From the NCBI RefSeq assembly GCF_000150275.1, contig NW_002060945.1, positions 1,554,199-1,618,198 on the forward strand: a stretch of 64,000 bases of DNA. The letters run 5' to 3'. Of this stretch, positions 1 through 13,777 are shown one piece after another; within the stretch, counting starts at the first letter, position 1, and each line of letters starts with the position of its first letter. A model generated the notes under the pieces. It did not search any database, had not been told where the DNA came from, and was given only the letters and a program-made list of their open reading frames with translations. The stretch is from Trichoplax adhaerens (taxonomy: Eukaryota > Animalia > Placozoa). The translations under genes were made by a program, and so were the position numbers.

Positions 1-3000
1 CCATGATAGCTGGAATGGAGAGAAAAGATCTCTTTGTGTTTAATTATAATTAGTACTTTTGCCTTAGGCTGGTTAGCGAAAGCGTAGTTACAAATTTGAT
101 TATGCCAAATGAGTCAATTCAAGTCATTCTTGTAGACGTATATATTACAATCTACTCAATTTAGTATGGTGTTAGCTCACCATGATACCTTTTTCATCAA
201 ATCGATCATGGGTTTCTATACAAATTTTTAACTTAGTCAGGGAGATTATGCCACAATCACGGCTAAACACCATCCTACTCTACCAATGCGTACACGGTAT
301 TTTACAATGGATATAGACTATATAAGATATAGTATACGATGATGGCACTACTCAGTAAACTATATTTACTGTTATATAATTTTAATTGAGCTACCTGCAT
401 ACAAGTAACATTTTTCGCTCAGAAGATTTCCCTCCCCCCCCCCCCAAATAAAAAGAAGAAAAATTCTTATACGTAAATATCCAACTCTGGGTCGCATTCA
501 GTCTTAAAGCTATTAATGTGATGGATTGGAACCCCAATTTACTTTATAGAGAGTATATTATTAAGGGTATAAAACCCTGTTGGCAATCGTAATATTTTAT
601 TTTGCAGCTACAGCCTCCGCATCTATTAGGAAACGATGTACAACATGTATTCCCAAATGAGGTTTGGCTCTAAACTGAACGTAGTCCTAGTTTCACCATT
701 GGTGAAAAAAAATATCCATTTTTATCCAAGCTGAAATCTAACATGCAGCACCTTTTATGAATTCTATCCAACTTGATAGGCAACGATAAGCTTTTTATAG
801 TAGTATATTATTTATTCATTTCTAATGATAAAGCTCTCATAGCGAACTAGAAGGCTTATATTGGCATATTAAAGACGATGGTACGGTAGTTTGTCTATTA
901 ATAAAGCTCTTTATATACTGTAGACATAGGAATTCAATACAGATAACTTGCAGCAGTAGTATCTCTACAAGCGAAATCGCGATCCACGTAGCAAAGCCCA
1001 AATAGTTGGAGATGTAATACGCTTATGTTATGATGACGGTGCAATAAATGATCTTTTAATTTCCACTGCTAAGGAAAGAATGCTCTATCTTACTGGTAAT
1101 AATTATAAAATAACCATCTATAAAGTCAAATTTGAGTACAATGCTAACGTTGATTCGCCGTAGCTCGATGATATTTGACATGCTATAAACTATCGGAAGA
1201 AGATAGACGAAGCATTACATTACAATGTACAATAAATCATAGATGAGAAGGATTGTCCGCTAGCTGAATATATATGATGCACTTTAAGTAGTTTTATACG
1301 AGAAGATAAATCCTATCCTGCACAATTTATATACAGTGTCTGCAGCAGGACATTTTATCTATTCTATCAATTTCAGTACTAGAGGAAAACTCTTATTAAA
1401 CTTGCCAGTATAGCATATTAGAAAGATTACTTTTCAAACCCTGTGGCCGCACAAAGCTACATCCATAGAGTAATTATAAATCATAGAATCAATTATTCTA
1501 AATCTAAATACCCAAGTTGACTGTGATTATAACATAATTACCATTACTGACTAATAACTATTACTGCAGTAACAATCACCATCATATGCTTCGATAATTA
1601 ATATTAACAGGTACAATGACTCTTTCTTTACTGCTTTTAAATATTTAACATCTACTGCAACAATATTAAATTCACCGATTGAATCAAGAAGAGTCATAAC
1701 ATTAGTGATGGAAGGATTAAAATCATTTCATTTGTTTATGGCAAAAATAGGCTGACATCACCACCTTCCTTGAGGTGGAAGAAAGAATAAGTTTCTGGAC
1801 TCTAATCTGTGAATCACTAATATCATTCCATCTATGAAATTTCATCAAAATTGATACTAAAGAGGAGAATATATACGCTTGATGAAGATAGTTATATTTT
1901 ACAATTTGTATGACAGAATTTTTGCATTTCACATAATGACATTCATCTTTACAACGCCCTTTAAGCATTCGAGACATCCAAATTTCCAACTGATAGAATA
2001 CTAGAACAGTAATCTTTTATTAATTAGGGTTACAAAGTACTTGGAGTATAATTGTATATTCTATCGTCATCATTGCGTTTATGATAGAAAGCATAATAGA
2101 GATTAATTCATTTACCCCATCTGACTTATACATTAGTAGAAATGAAAGAACTAACTCAATGGCAGAAATCTTTACCCTATAGAAAGGTATTGTATACAAG
2201 TTTATTTTTGGTTTATGCTATTGCAATCTCAATGCTATTAAAGAATATCATGTCCATCTATTTGTTCGGCTATGGCAAGAATCTAAATTGAATTATCAAT
2301 GACAATAATACAGTACGCGCGATACTAAAAGCTTTTCTTCCATATTCCCTTTTGCTGGCGACTATCTATATTATGATATACTAAAGTTCTCAATTCTCCT
2401 TAACCTTATATTCGGCATTGGATATCTGTGGACTCGTTAACTTATTCAGTATCCGATTGATGATCAACAAATCTGTTAATTATAATGAGTACAATTCTTA
2501 TTTTACATACACAACAATACAAATAATAAATAATCACGTTGAAAAAGTTAAATTCTTTCTGCCTATTTTGTCGTCTGTCTACGCAAAGGTGTCATTTTGG
2601 CCTTTATTCTTTCACTTGTCTATATAGAACTGATCCTTTCTATCAGAATAGGTCAGTTTTTCTTTAAAGTATTACAGATAATGAAGCAAATGTACGAAGT
2701 ATCATCATTGTTGAGTTAAGCTAATGAAATGGGCATTTTTTTCCTTGATCATCTTTTTTCTCTACAAATACGATCACCTAAGATAAAGTTACAAGTTCTT
2801 GAAGATATAATAGGTAGAGAAATGAGATGATCGTAGATCATAAAGCAAATGCAATGCAACAAACATAACTAGACTTATTGGATCCCTGTTTTTTCTTTAG
2901 GGCATATTAAATATATCGTTATTAGAAGTGCGAGAAGAGAAGGAGAATTGAATACAGAATAATATAGTATTTTAGATAATGAAAGCGTTACGAAATTATC

Positions 3001-6000
3001 GTAAGCTAGTAGTGCAGCAATTATAGTAGTAGTGTTTAAATATTGATTAGTCCATTTTCTCTTCTACTTTACAATTGCCATTATTGCGATACAATACTTG
3101 CAATAATTGGAAAGATGAAAAATGAAAAGCTCACGTAAAAGGTTGCTGTTTTCTGGCATCTATCTCTGAGATCTCCAGAATTTACATAGTGGCAAGAAAA
3201 TTGAGGGTAACTATAAATTATTTTTACCAAGAATCAGAATAATAGCAAATTTATACGGTATGGGCATAATATATGATACTTGATAAAAATCGGATAAAGG
3301 TCAAATTACTAGCATACCCGCATATACGCGTATGTAGTGTACATGCACTTTAGATTACTTAAATAAAATCATCGTCCATCATCAACTCGGTACACTGTCC
3401 TCGCTAAGCATAGAACACTGTATAGACTATAACTATCTTGACCTTCTTATATCGAGAACAACTGAGAATGTCCACCCATGCATGCATATGCATAGTTGAA
3501 ACAGATGAGAAATAAAAAATAACAAAGCATCAATAGCTTAATAATTACAATTAATTATATCCAACTGTTCAAATCTATCCTACGACGGTCGACAATTTAA
3601 TTTTTAGAATCAATAATAATAATTTGATTGATAACGTCACCAGCCACCTGGTTGTGATGAATTGAGTTTTGTCTTGTACTTTATTATAATAATTTCAAAA
3701 TCAGAAGAATTTAGAAATTATAAACGATACATTCTAGTATAATGTATCACTGTAATTGTTCAAAAAATGATGACTGGAATGATATTAGTATCCCAGCCAT
3801 CTATAGATATCGAAATTTTTTATGGACTTTAAAAACGATCTTATTATTTTGCTAATGTATATAAAATTAGCAATATATTAATATCATCAGATTTAAAATA
3901 TTGTGCAGTTGTGTGGTTTATTTCTGTCCTTGCTAAGAATTTGCGCTTAGAACAGGGAGCATTTTGAGTAGCGAAATTGCAGTATATGAATTAGTCTAAC
4001 TCTAATGATATAATATATAGAGATTTATTTTAATACGTATGATTAGTTTATATTCTACTGATGTGTTAGTAGTAGCAGGTTTTGCATCCTGATAGTCTCG
4101 TATACCATTTGTTTTACATTGCTGTTGTTGATTTTATCATACCACGTATATACTGAAAGCTATTGTTTATATCAAATAAGAAAATAGTATGCGTTTAGAA
4201 TATGATACTGATAACTAGATATTGAAATGTAGATGTTGCAACTTTGGCTTATAGGAGATGTAATGCGTTAATTACACTTAAGAAGTCAATCTACTATACG
4301 ATGACAGGGCATGAGAGCAGTCGTTAATGGATGCTATCTATAATTGGATGGCAAAGATTAGGTAGCCAATAGCAAATAAATAAATGTAATTTAATAATAT
4401 TACAAAGTTGATGCAATTAATCTACTATACTGTATTCAAATATTAAAGTATTGTAATGAATCGAAGATACATTTTATTATTTTAAAAACGATTGTAAAGA
4501 ATCTGTAAAGTTAGAAATTTTAATTTAATAGCAGAAAGAAATATCAAGTTATATATAATATTATAATGAATAAACGGGTAAAACATTCTTGCAAAATACC
4601 AACATTAATTACAATATAATCTAAGTTTCCTCTTCGTTTCCAACTAAACGTTTTTGTTTTGGCATCAATATTAGATTAACACTATTGTTAGAGCCAATAT
4701 ACAATCTTAACGTATAAAGCAAAATACAAGGGTTAGTATGCGGGTAAGGAGATTTCGCGAATTCATCTTGTCGGAGGCTCAAATCAACGTTTAATATTTA
4801 ATACATAAACTTTTAGTATGAGTCTAGAATGAGTAACCCTTAATCAATATTGCTGATACTTATGAAGGACTGATTGCAATAAGAGTATTTAATTATACTA
4901 CTGAATAGTGAGAATTAATGAAATATGATAAAATATAATGTTACTCTTTCAGACATATAGATTTTATCTTTTAAATTTTTTATCACTTTACGATACAGCA
5001 ATTTAATTTTACTTTACATAATTATGACAACATATATTATCAAAGATTAGTCATTATCTTCTACAAAATTATAAACTAAAAGTGAATCTGCCCTATAAAT
5101 TTACCGTCATAATTTAAAACAACATTAAAGTTGTAAGCATGTATATCACTTATGATTAACTTATTATCATCATTTAAGATATGATGTAGGGGAAAATGTC
5201 TCCATTGCTGAATTATTACTAAATTTACATTATTACTCATTCTAAGAGAAATTATTCTTCAGGTAAACAAAAGCCATAGTCGCCATTATTTTACTTTATT
5301 CCGTGAACTCTTTAAGGCGAAAGCCAGTAGCATTTTGATAAATGATCATTCCTGGAATATAGCTACAACTTCTTGTAATTATTGCATTAATTATAATTAA
5401 TAACGTAATCAGCGATATACAGTATTAAGTTAAGTAGTATTGTATGACACGTTGCTTTATGTTAAGGATCACTGATAAAAGTGAAGGCCTTAACATGATG
5501 TAATTAGTCCTTGACTAGATACTTTTTGGAATATTAATTATAGATATAATTTAGAGCATGATATATTAAATTTTGCAAAATTAAAATTAAAATTTCGTAT
5601 TGTCTCCTTTATGTAGTTCTCAGTGTTTCACTTAGTCAAGTAAGCAAGCTGTTGTAACATGTAGCATTTGTAAATCAATCCATTTACTGAAAAATAGGGT
5701 CTTAAGCTGTCATAGTTGCATAACAGTAAAATGAATGTCAATAGACTTATTCCTATCATTTTATGGAGGTTTTGGAGGCTAATCATTGTGATTTAGTTGT
5801 TTACTATACGTACGTTCGAGCAATATTATAGGTTTTTATTTGTTCTATTTAACTTTTATTGAGAGGGGTGGTGGGAAAGGAAAGTTTTTAAAGCACAAAT
5901 AAACGAAAGCAATTTGGTTTATTAATTAAACCTTCATATAAATACCTATCATAATATAGTGTCCTGTTATTATTTTAATTACGGTCTATATACGAGTACA

Positions 6001-6864
6001 ACACAGTATACCATACATCATTGGAATGCTTTACGTAATACAGTGCTGTAAAACAAGTTTTAGAATGTAATGGAAAAGCGCTATAAGAAGTTATTGAGAG
6101 AATTCTTTGAGCAATGACTGCATAATGATCTTTTTGGATTGGCTGGCAATTTTAGTACATCAGTCCAGCTTGTATTGGCATATTTTTGAATGTTCACTAT
6201 TATAGCACATTACTGTTATATTAATTATTAGAACATCATTTCACATGTATCAATCATCTCACTAGACTAGCCTATGATAAACGAAGATGATTGTATTCCT
6301 AACAATTAGTCATTTATTGCAGCTTAAATCCAATCTACTGCTGTCAGAACTATTTACAACGCTGTTACAGCATGCTGTATTCCGGGCCTAATACAATTCT
6401 AATTGGAAGCCAGTTGTGTGGTATTCTCGGTTAGTATCTTATTAGTTAAATGCTTAATTGATCATGTAAAATTTTGCATTTAATATGTTGGCCATCTACT
6501 ATATCGTATAACATAACGAGGCAAGTCCAGATTAATAAATATAATAACAATAACGTTATATTATAATTATGCACGTTATTATCAGTAAAATATATCGTGC
6601 ATGTTGTTAACGGGAATCACTGCTCCTAAAGTCTTATACGCAACGTATGAGATGATGATATTCCGTTTGCTATTGTCGGCTAATCACAGACATACTGTAC
6701 TCGTATACGTGTGCAATGTATACCGAAAAAAAGGATCATATAGTGACTAATATCCATTTTATTTATTTATCCTGCCACTCAGTAATAATGATTGCATGCA
6801 TGCTATATAATACTGTAGTCCAGAGGAGATGAAGCAAAAAGATAGAAAAAAAAATTAAAAAATT

Positions 6865-6937
6865 TGGAGAATCCGGGTATCGATCCCGGTACCTCTCGCA
6901 TGCTAAGCGAGCGCTCTACCATGTGAGCTAATTCCCC
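6865..6937 (-). tRNA. tRNA-Ala, anticodon AGC (I34 substrate)
   Basis: Minus strand reads GGGGAATTAGCTCACATGGTAGAGCGCTCGCTTAGCATGCGAGAGGTACCGGGATCGATACCCGGATTCTCCA (73 nt). It folds as a cloverleaf with anticodon arm CTCGC-TTAGCAT-GCGAG and is followed by T-runs (Pol III terminator). Confidence 0.97.
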
Positions 6938-7016
6938 TTCCTGATAATACTGTAAAAAATTTTGTATATAATTAGTATGAAATAAGTGCACCTATTGACA
7001 CAAGCTTTGTTACCGA

Positions 7017-7112
7017 GTACAGTACTGGCAGTCAGTTATACAGTACAGTACTGTAGCTGTACTGTACTGTACTGTACAGTGTACTGTAATAGTCCATGGT
7101 ACAGTACCGTAT
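7017..7112. repeat. GTAC-N (TACAG/CTGTA) pentamer array between the divergent tRNA-Ala and IDH2
   Basis: gtacagtactgg...tacagtacagtactgtagctgtactgtactgtactgtacagtgtactgta...ggtacagtaccgta. Confidence 0.9.
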
Positions 7113-7665
7113 CGTAACGGCCGTCCGGCCGGCTTGGCGAATCTCGAGCAAAAATGATGTCATTATACTACAGAGAGGAGAGATATCTACACTTACAGCA
7201 ATTGCTTATTAGGTGACATTATTTTTGGAACTAGCCTTCAACATGATCGTGTTCGACTAGTCCTTTGTGTTCATATTATTTTGCCACTACCGGCGACGGC
7301 TAGCTGATGTAAGCAAACTCAAGCAGGTTGGCAACATGGCGATGATGATTCTTGTTTGTTTATTTATTTTCTTGCGCGTTTTACTTATTATTAGTTAGTC
7401 TAATTAGTGTGCATGGAATGTAGGTTAACGTGATTTGGAAGTGATGATCAAATTAGTGCCTAATTTAAAATAATGAGAGCGGAATCATAATGAAAAAATG
7501 ATGTCTAGGATAGCATGAAGCAGTAGTAAAATTTAGTACATAGGTGGCTCATCATCCGTAGATGACGGTTATTCTTTCTATTGCAATAGGAGAGAAAAGA
7601 CAAGCCATCAATATTTGCAAGCGTAAGAGGAACAATTCTTATACATTTAACCGACTTGAAACCAA

Positions 7666-10660
7666 ATGGCAATGATGAGGAAAACGAGCACAGTTATGCA
7701 ACTGATGAAGCGTGCCATGGTAACCCAATCGATCACATCGATTAGACGATCATGTACGTAAGTTGGACTAGTTATTATGTAGTACTCCATACAGGGCGAA
7801 GTGGTGATGGAATAATGTTGGCATTCTTTATCCCTTCTTGCTAGTATACAGTAGAATGGATATGGTAATGTCCTAGTATTATCTGTTACTAGATATGCGC
7901 GTACAGTAATCCGTCTAGGTAGATAGTATTAAATCAAATTAGTACTTCTAAATATTACCATGCAACATTTTATGTATGTATATAGATTCAACACGGATTA
8001 AGGTTGCCAATCCCGTGGTTGAGCTAGATGGTGACGAAATGGCTCGTGTATTATGGGAAAAGATCCGAGAAGAGGTCTATTACTTTCATTTTAGTAGCAT
8101 CATTTATTAAACGATAACAATTTATTGCTTTTGTAAGACTGGAATTGATATTAATCAGTTATGGTATTTATGCATTAGTGTATAACTATAATTTTGCTAG
8201 AGCTGATATAGAGATGATAATATACTAATGTAAGTAGACTATCAACACATTTTACCTTCTTTAAGATATTTGCACAGACTTTGCAAACCGTAAATTCGTA
8301 TTTGCTACACTTGTAAACATTCCGTTACCTCAACGACACGTTATTCACTGCTACTGAATTGTTTATGGCCTTAGCTAATCCTACCATATGTGGAGGTAGA
8401 AAGGAAGTACTTTGATCTTGGCTTACCAAATCGTGATAAGACAGACGATCTAGTCACAGTTCAAGCTGCTGATGCTATCGCGAAATATAATATTGGTATT
8501 AAGTGTGCTACTATTACGCCTGACGAAAATCGAGTTCAAGGTAAATTCTACTGGCAATGTACGTTAAAGTGATTCAGCAATTAACATCATCAGAATTTCA
8601 CCTTGATGACTTTAAGTTGAAATTATAAACTGAATACACTAGTATGTTCGATTTAAAACTGGGCTACCAAATAAACATGTGTATACTAGAGGTCACAAAA
8701 TTGGCTATGCTTTGAAGAAAGCTAATATTGGTAGATCACTGAACAAGATTCATTAGTTATATATCAGAAAATAATCAAATGTGATAACTTGGGCGATGCA
8801 ATTTTATACCTTGTACTTAATCCAATGTATTTGCAATACAGTGTTACTGTGCTGCTCAGCGGTATATACAGTAGGTGCGACTTTGTATTGCTAAAATAAT
8901 CTTCATAATTAATCCACTGCAGAATTTGGTTTAAAAGCAATGTGGCGTAGTCCCAATGGTACAATACGTAACATTCTTGGAGGAACCGTATTTAGAGAAC
9001 CAATTATATGTCAATCTATTCCGCGATTAGTTCCTGGGTGGAAGAAATCAATTATTGTGGGTAGACATGCCTTTGGTGACCAGGCAAGTAACTCAAATAC
9101 GTTAATGTTGTATTTCATTAAATTCTAATAATTTTATGATAGTTGAAAACGTTTATTATGATCTGTTCACAAACAGTAATTAGTCGTTGCTATTTTTCAT
9201 TTCTAGTATAAAGCAACAGATATTAAGATTAATGGCAAAGGAACATTAAAATTGATATTTGTACCCGATGATGGAGATAAATCACAAGAACAATCAGTTG
9301 ATATTTACAAATTTGAGGAACCTGGTGTTGCTCTGGGAATGTACAACACTGATAAGGTGAGCAGTCTATTAATAACAAATTGATGGATTACATCCTCAAG
9401 ATACATCTTAAACTTCTAATTTCGCATTTTCTACAGTCTATTACAGAATTTGCCCATAGCTGTTTTCAATATGCGTTGCTTAAACAACAGCCACTTTATT
9501 TAAGCACGAAAAACACAATTCTCAAGACATATGACGGAAGATTTAAAGACATTTTTCAAGATATTTACACGTACTTTTAGTTAGAGTAATTGATAGTCAA
9601 TGTTATAGGTGATATAGAACCAGTTACAAGATGCTATTGTTTTATGATTGTAGAAATGATTACAAGTCAAAGTTTGAAGAAGCAAATCTTTTCTATGAGC
9701 ACAGACTGATCGATGATATGGTAACTTTACCCAATGTTTACTTAGTCTGTACACCTATTATTTCCTTTACCAGAAGGCTTAACTGTAATATACAATTAGT
9801 TTAAGAATTATATTAATTCAAGTGGTGGGATTACATAATATCATAGGTTGCACAAGTCATGAAATCTTCAGGTGGTTTCATTTGGGCTGCTAAAAATTAC
9901 GATGGAGATGTCCAATCAGACCTATTAGCGCAAGGTAACGAACTTACTTCTTTTAATTCGTTGCTGTATACTACGACATTGAATCTTTTGTTATCATTTT
10001 TAGGCTTTGGATCGTTGGGCTTAATGACAAGTGTACTGCTGTGTCCTGATGGGAAGACAGCCTTAGCTGAAGCTGCTCATGGTACCGTAACACGTCACTA
10101 TCGTCAGCACATAAAAGTAAATAATTATTTATAGCCTTATTGCAATGATGTTGGCATAATATGATAGTTTTCACTTCAACAAAGGTCTGTAATAAATTAT
10201 TTAGGGTCACGAAACGAGTACAAATCCCATTGCCACCATTTTTGCTTGGACAAGGGGTTTGATATCCCGGGCCAAACTAGATGGCAATAAGGACCTTGAA
10301 CGGTAATTTCGAGGCATTTTTGAACCATAATAAATTGACGTGCACAAACGATCAGGTGCCATTACGCCATTATAAATATCAATTTACTCACTATCCTAAT
10401 ATGTAGCTTTGGTAATCTTTTGGAGAAAGTTTGTATTGATTCTGTTGATAGTGGACAAATGACGAAAGACTTAGCAGGGGCAATTCATGGAATGCAGAAG
10501 TAATACCAATAAAATTTGTCGTAAGTCGTATTCTGATTTGTATTAATTTGCTTTTATTTTATTTTAAATTTAATAATACAGTGTGACGAGAGAACATTAC
10601 TTGAATACTTCTGAATTCTTGGATGCTATAAGAAACAATTTAAAGAAAGCTCTGTCCTGA
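7666..10660 (+). CDS. IDH2: Mitochondrial NADP-dependent isocitrate dehydrogenase, multi-exon
   Basis: Spliced translation [30 protein letters not shown] (basic, acid-free presequence), then [111 protein letters not shown]. Ends LKKALS* with no PTS1. Confidence 0.95.
9084..9206 (+). other. GC-AG intron in IDH2
   Basis: GDQ(cag)|gcaagt ... ttctag|tat aaa gca (YKA) restores the conserved GDQYKATD. Confidence 0.85.
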
Positions 10661-11146
10661 GTATTAATTGGCAAGACAGAGAATTTTCATACATGCTTTG
10701 GAAACTAATTATTATGTTGTCATTTATCGATTCAAAAATTAACAATAATCTCGTTTACTTATAGTTTAGTAATTTATCAAAATTGTATATTATTGTATCT
10801 CCATTTTCATCATTTAAAAACTTAAAAGTCCTACAATGATGCCATTACATCCTTATAGGATAAATTTGATACTGTTTACGTATTCTATTTTTCTCCTATT
10901 TAATATGATTTAGCGCTGTGTTTTTATTGTACAATCTGCAAATAAATGATGCTGTATAAACATAACACAAAACGAGGAATCACTAATCCCAACGTAGTAT
11001 ACGCGTGTGCTAATTAATGCACAATAATTGCTAACATAGCTAGCCAGTAATGATTTACTGATGAGTTATAAGTCACAATCATTTTAAATTATTGTATTTT
11101 GCACATTAGATTGGCTTAGTGATATAATATTGCGATGTTATTTCTC

Positions 11147-13443
11147 TTATTGAAGCTGCAAGCATCTGTCCCGATAGATATTCTTAAATACTTCAAAATG
11201 ATGATTTAAACCCTCGTGGACATGAATTTTGTATCGACTACCGAGGGCCCCATACTCTTTATCTTCTACTGCATAGAATACTCGCTTAATTCTTGAATGT
11301 ACCAAAGCCATGGCACACCTGTATGAAAGGATAAAATATTAAAAAATGCGCAATATCGCGATGTCATTTTAGTGGCAATATAATATTAACAGATATTTAA
11401 TTTTGATAACATACATGACACAAGGCTCCTTCGTAACATAAAGATCATATCCAGTACAAAGATAACCACGTTGATTGTTAGATTCTTCATTAGGCAATTT
11501 AGAAGAATTATTGGTATTTTCTACAGCTACATGCATTTTACCAATATCATCAATACATGTCATTACGGCATGCTTTAATAAGGAGCTATCAACATTTCTG
11601 GACCGGCCATCAGAAGCTTTCGCTAGAACCTTATTACTTTCTGGATCAACCATAACTGCACCAATTTTGAACTATTTATCGTAAAAAGATTTGCTGTATT
11701 TACTTGATAGATTATTGAGTAGACGCATAAAAAATATTCGCTACTATAAGTGTTAGCTAATCCTAGTTATATTTCCTACCATGGAATTCTCTAAAGCCGT
11801 AGATATAGCTATATCCATGTTATTATAAATATTTTGAATCACTTCCTGATTAAATAACTTTCCCTCAATAGCAGTTGAAATTCTGTGAGACATTGGAAAG
11901 TTTTTAGTTTGATTAAAGTGTAGCGTTATTATTATAGTCTCCGACTAGGAATTTCCTACGTTAACTATATACTGTGTACGTGTGTAATACACTGTATATT
12001 CTTAATCTACTACTACATAATATAGATTACCTTTTGTCTTCATAGAATGAGATAGGCCAATATTTGGAAGCCACCTCAAATTGTTTTCTCGTTAATGCTG
12101 AGGTAGCGGCAACTTGAACTATATAAAGATTGCCTAAATATTCCCAAGAAATAGGCTGGTTTTTTATCCATTCTTGCATTGCTAATTCCGAAATATCACT
12201 CAAGTGTTTGCGTAGGCATACGATGATGGCGTAGTTACCTTTACATCAAATAAAGATTAAAAGCTTTCTCTTCATAATTAGAATCAACATTTAACATAAT
12301 ATTATTACCACACTGTATTCACATAATATGTATCACTCCGAGTTATAACATTTATTACTGAGTTTATTTATAGGTCATTTTCTAACCATGTTCATCCTTT
12401 CGAATACGTTTAACATGAGTTAGTCCATCAAGAGGTAAGTGATCCTTGAATTGCCTAATAGCAAGCATGCAGATACTTATAATAGTCTATAATTTATTAT
12501 AAGATTATTTGTAGTAATTTTAAATCATTTTCGTTTATTGCACAATTATCTTACCTCATTAAGCATGACAATTGTTTGCAATCTAAAACAGGAGCTGCAA
12601 TAACCTCAGCTGTCAAGATATAAATAGCAGAAGCTGATTACAACTGAAAAGTCGTATGAAATAGTATTAATTAATGGAATCTTGTATGGATCTTGAAAGT
12701 AACGAATGTAAAGTTATTAGAGTTATCATAACAACTATTTATTGACGATATCAATTGGTTCATTAGTAGCTTGGATAACTCAGTAATAACGTATTTGAGA
12801 TCTATAAAACGTCTTCTGCTAAGCTTATAAGCATACGCAATTTGTTTTGAGCTCTAGTTTAGCATCAGTACTGTTGCAATTATTATTATTAATTTAAAAT
12901 ACTGTACTTAGTTCGATTGCTGCTGTATATTTATCTGCCAGTACAGCAATAGGATGAGGAAAGCTTTGTGCAGTCGCTGTCGTACCTATATAAGATATCA
13001 ATCATGTTGAATAGGAAAATACTTGCGAGGTGCAGCAAGGAGTTTGCAGCTACAATAAGTATTTCTCTTATGGCTAGTGTAGTGTATTTCAATCATTTAC
13101 TATTATATAGCCTGTTTATGGTATATGATGTATCTAATTCTACAATACTGTTCTCTGCATGTGTTCTCTCTCTAATACTATAAATACTGATGATTTCAGC
13201 CTCAGATTTGTTCAGTTGTACTATTGGTAGTAGTAGTACTTCCTGACGTTACTTCACGACAGCTAGCAATCCATATTACAACTTACAGCGCTAATAGACT
13301 AGCAATGTCTATCCAGCACTCCTCTACTTACAGTAGTTTCACAGTCATATTGAATAAGTGTACCTATAAAGCATTCATTCCTACCTTCAAGCTTCAGTTT
13401 CTTTCTCCTATGGATAGAATCAGCCATCACCTTTTCCGTCCAT
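11147..13443 (-). CDS. ADAT3: tRNA adenosine-34 deaminase, non-catalytic subunit, multi-exon
   Basis: Motifs AAPVLDCKQLSCL, LTHVKRIRK, pseudo-active site HAV (instead of HAE), [27 protein letters not shown] and GALGSRYKIHVHEGLNHHFEVF. The start MDGK|G (13431-13443) is inferred from splice phase. Confidence 0.9.
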
Positions 13444-13777
13444 GATCCACTTCTAATCGTCCATCGACTTATCCACCTCTAGTGGACTTTTATTGCCAGT
13501 TGTCATAGTAGCAGCAGATTAGAAGAGGAAATGGGTGTGATTTACCCTTGTAGTATATTGTATCAAGCGTCGTAGCGAAACGATACACTCTACTGTATCC
13601 AGTATAGCAAATTGCAAGCAGACTACTGCCCTAGTGCTTATGCAAAACAATCCAGCTTCGTGTCTACTCTAGTACAGAATCGGATGAGTCAGCACTGTAC
13701 TAGTCGACACTATATTCTACCAGGTAAAGAATCCGTCGGTAAATAGTCAACAGCAAAAATTCTTCAGCCCGAAACAA

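Noticed and set aside
2397-2404. TCCTTAAC, a U12 branch-site match
   Set aside because: No AG or AC acceptor at a suitable distance and no matching donor or exon.
1-6800. Short ORFs (1723-1989, 2418-2627) and a poly-C run at about 434
   Set aside because: No recognisable protein motifs, consistent exon chain or terminal repeats; treated as intergenic or intronic.
6803-6991. 62-aa ORF
   Set aside because: It is a translation of the tRNA-Ala gene.
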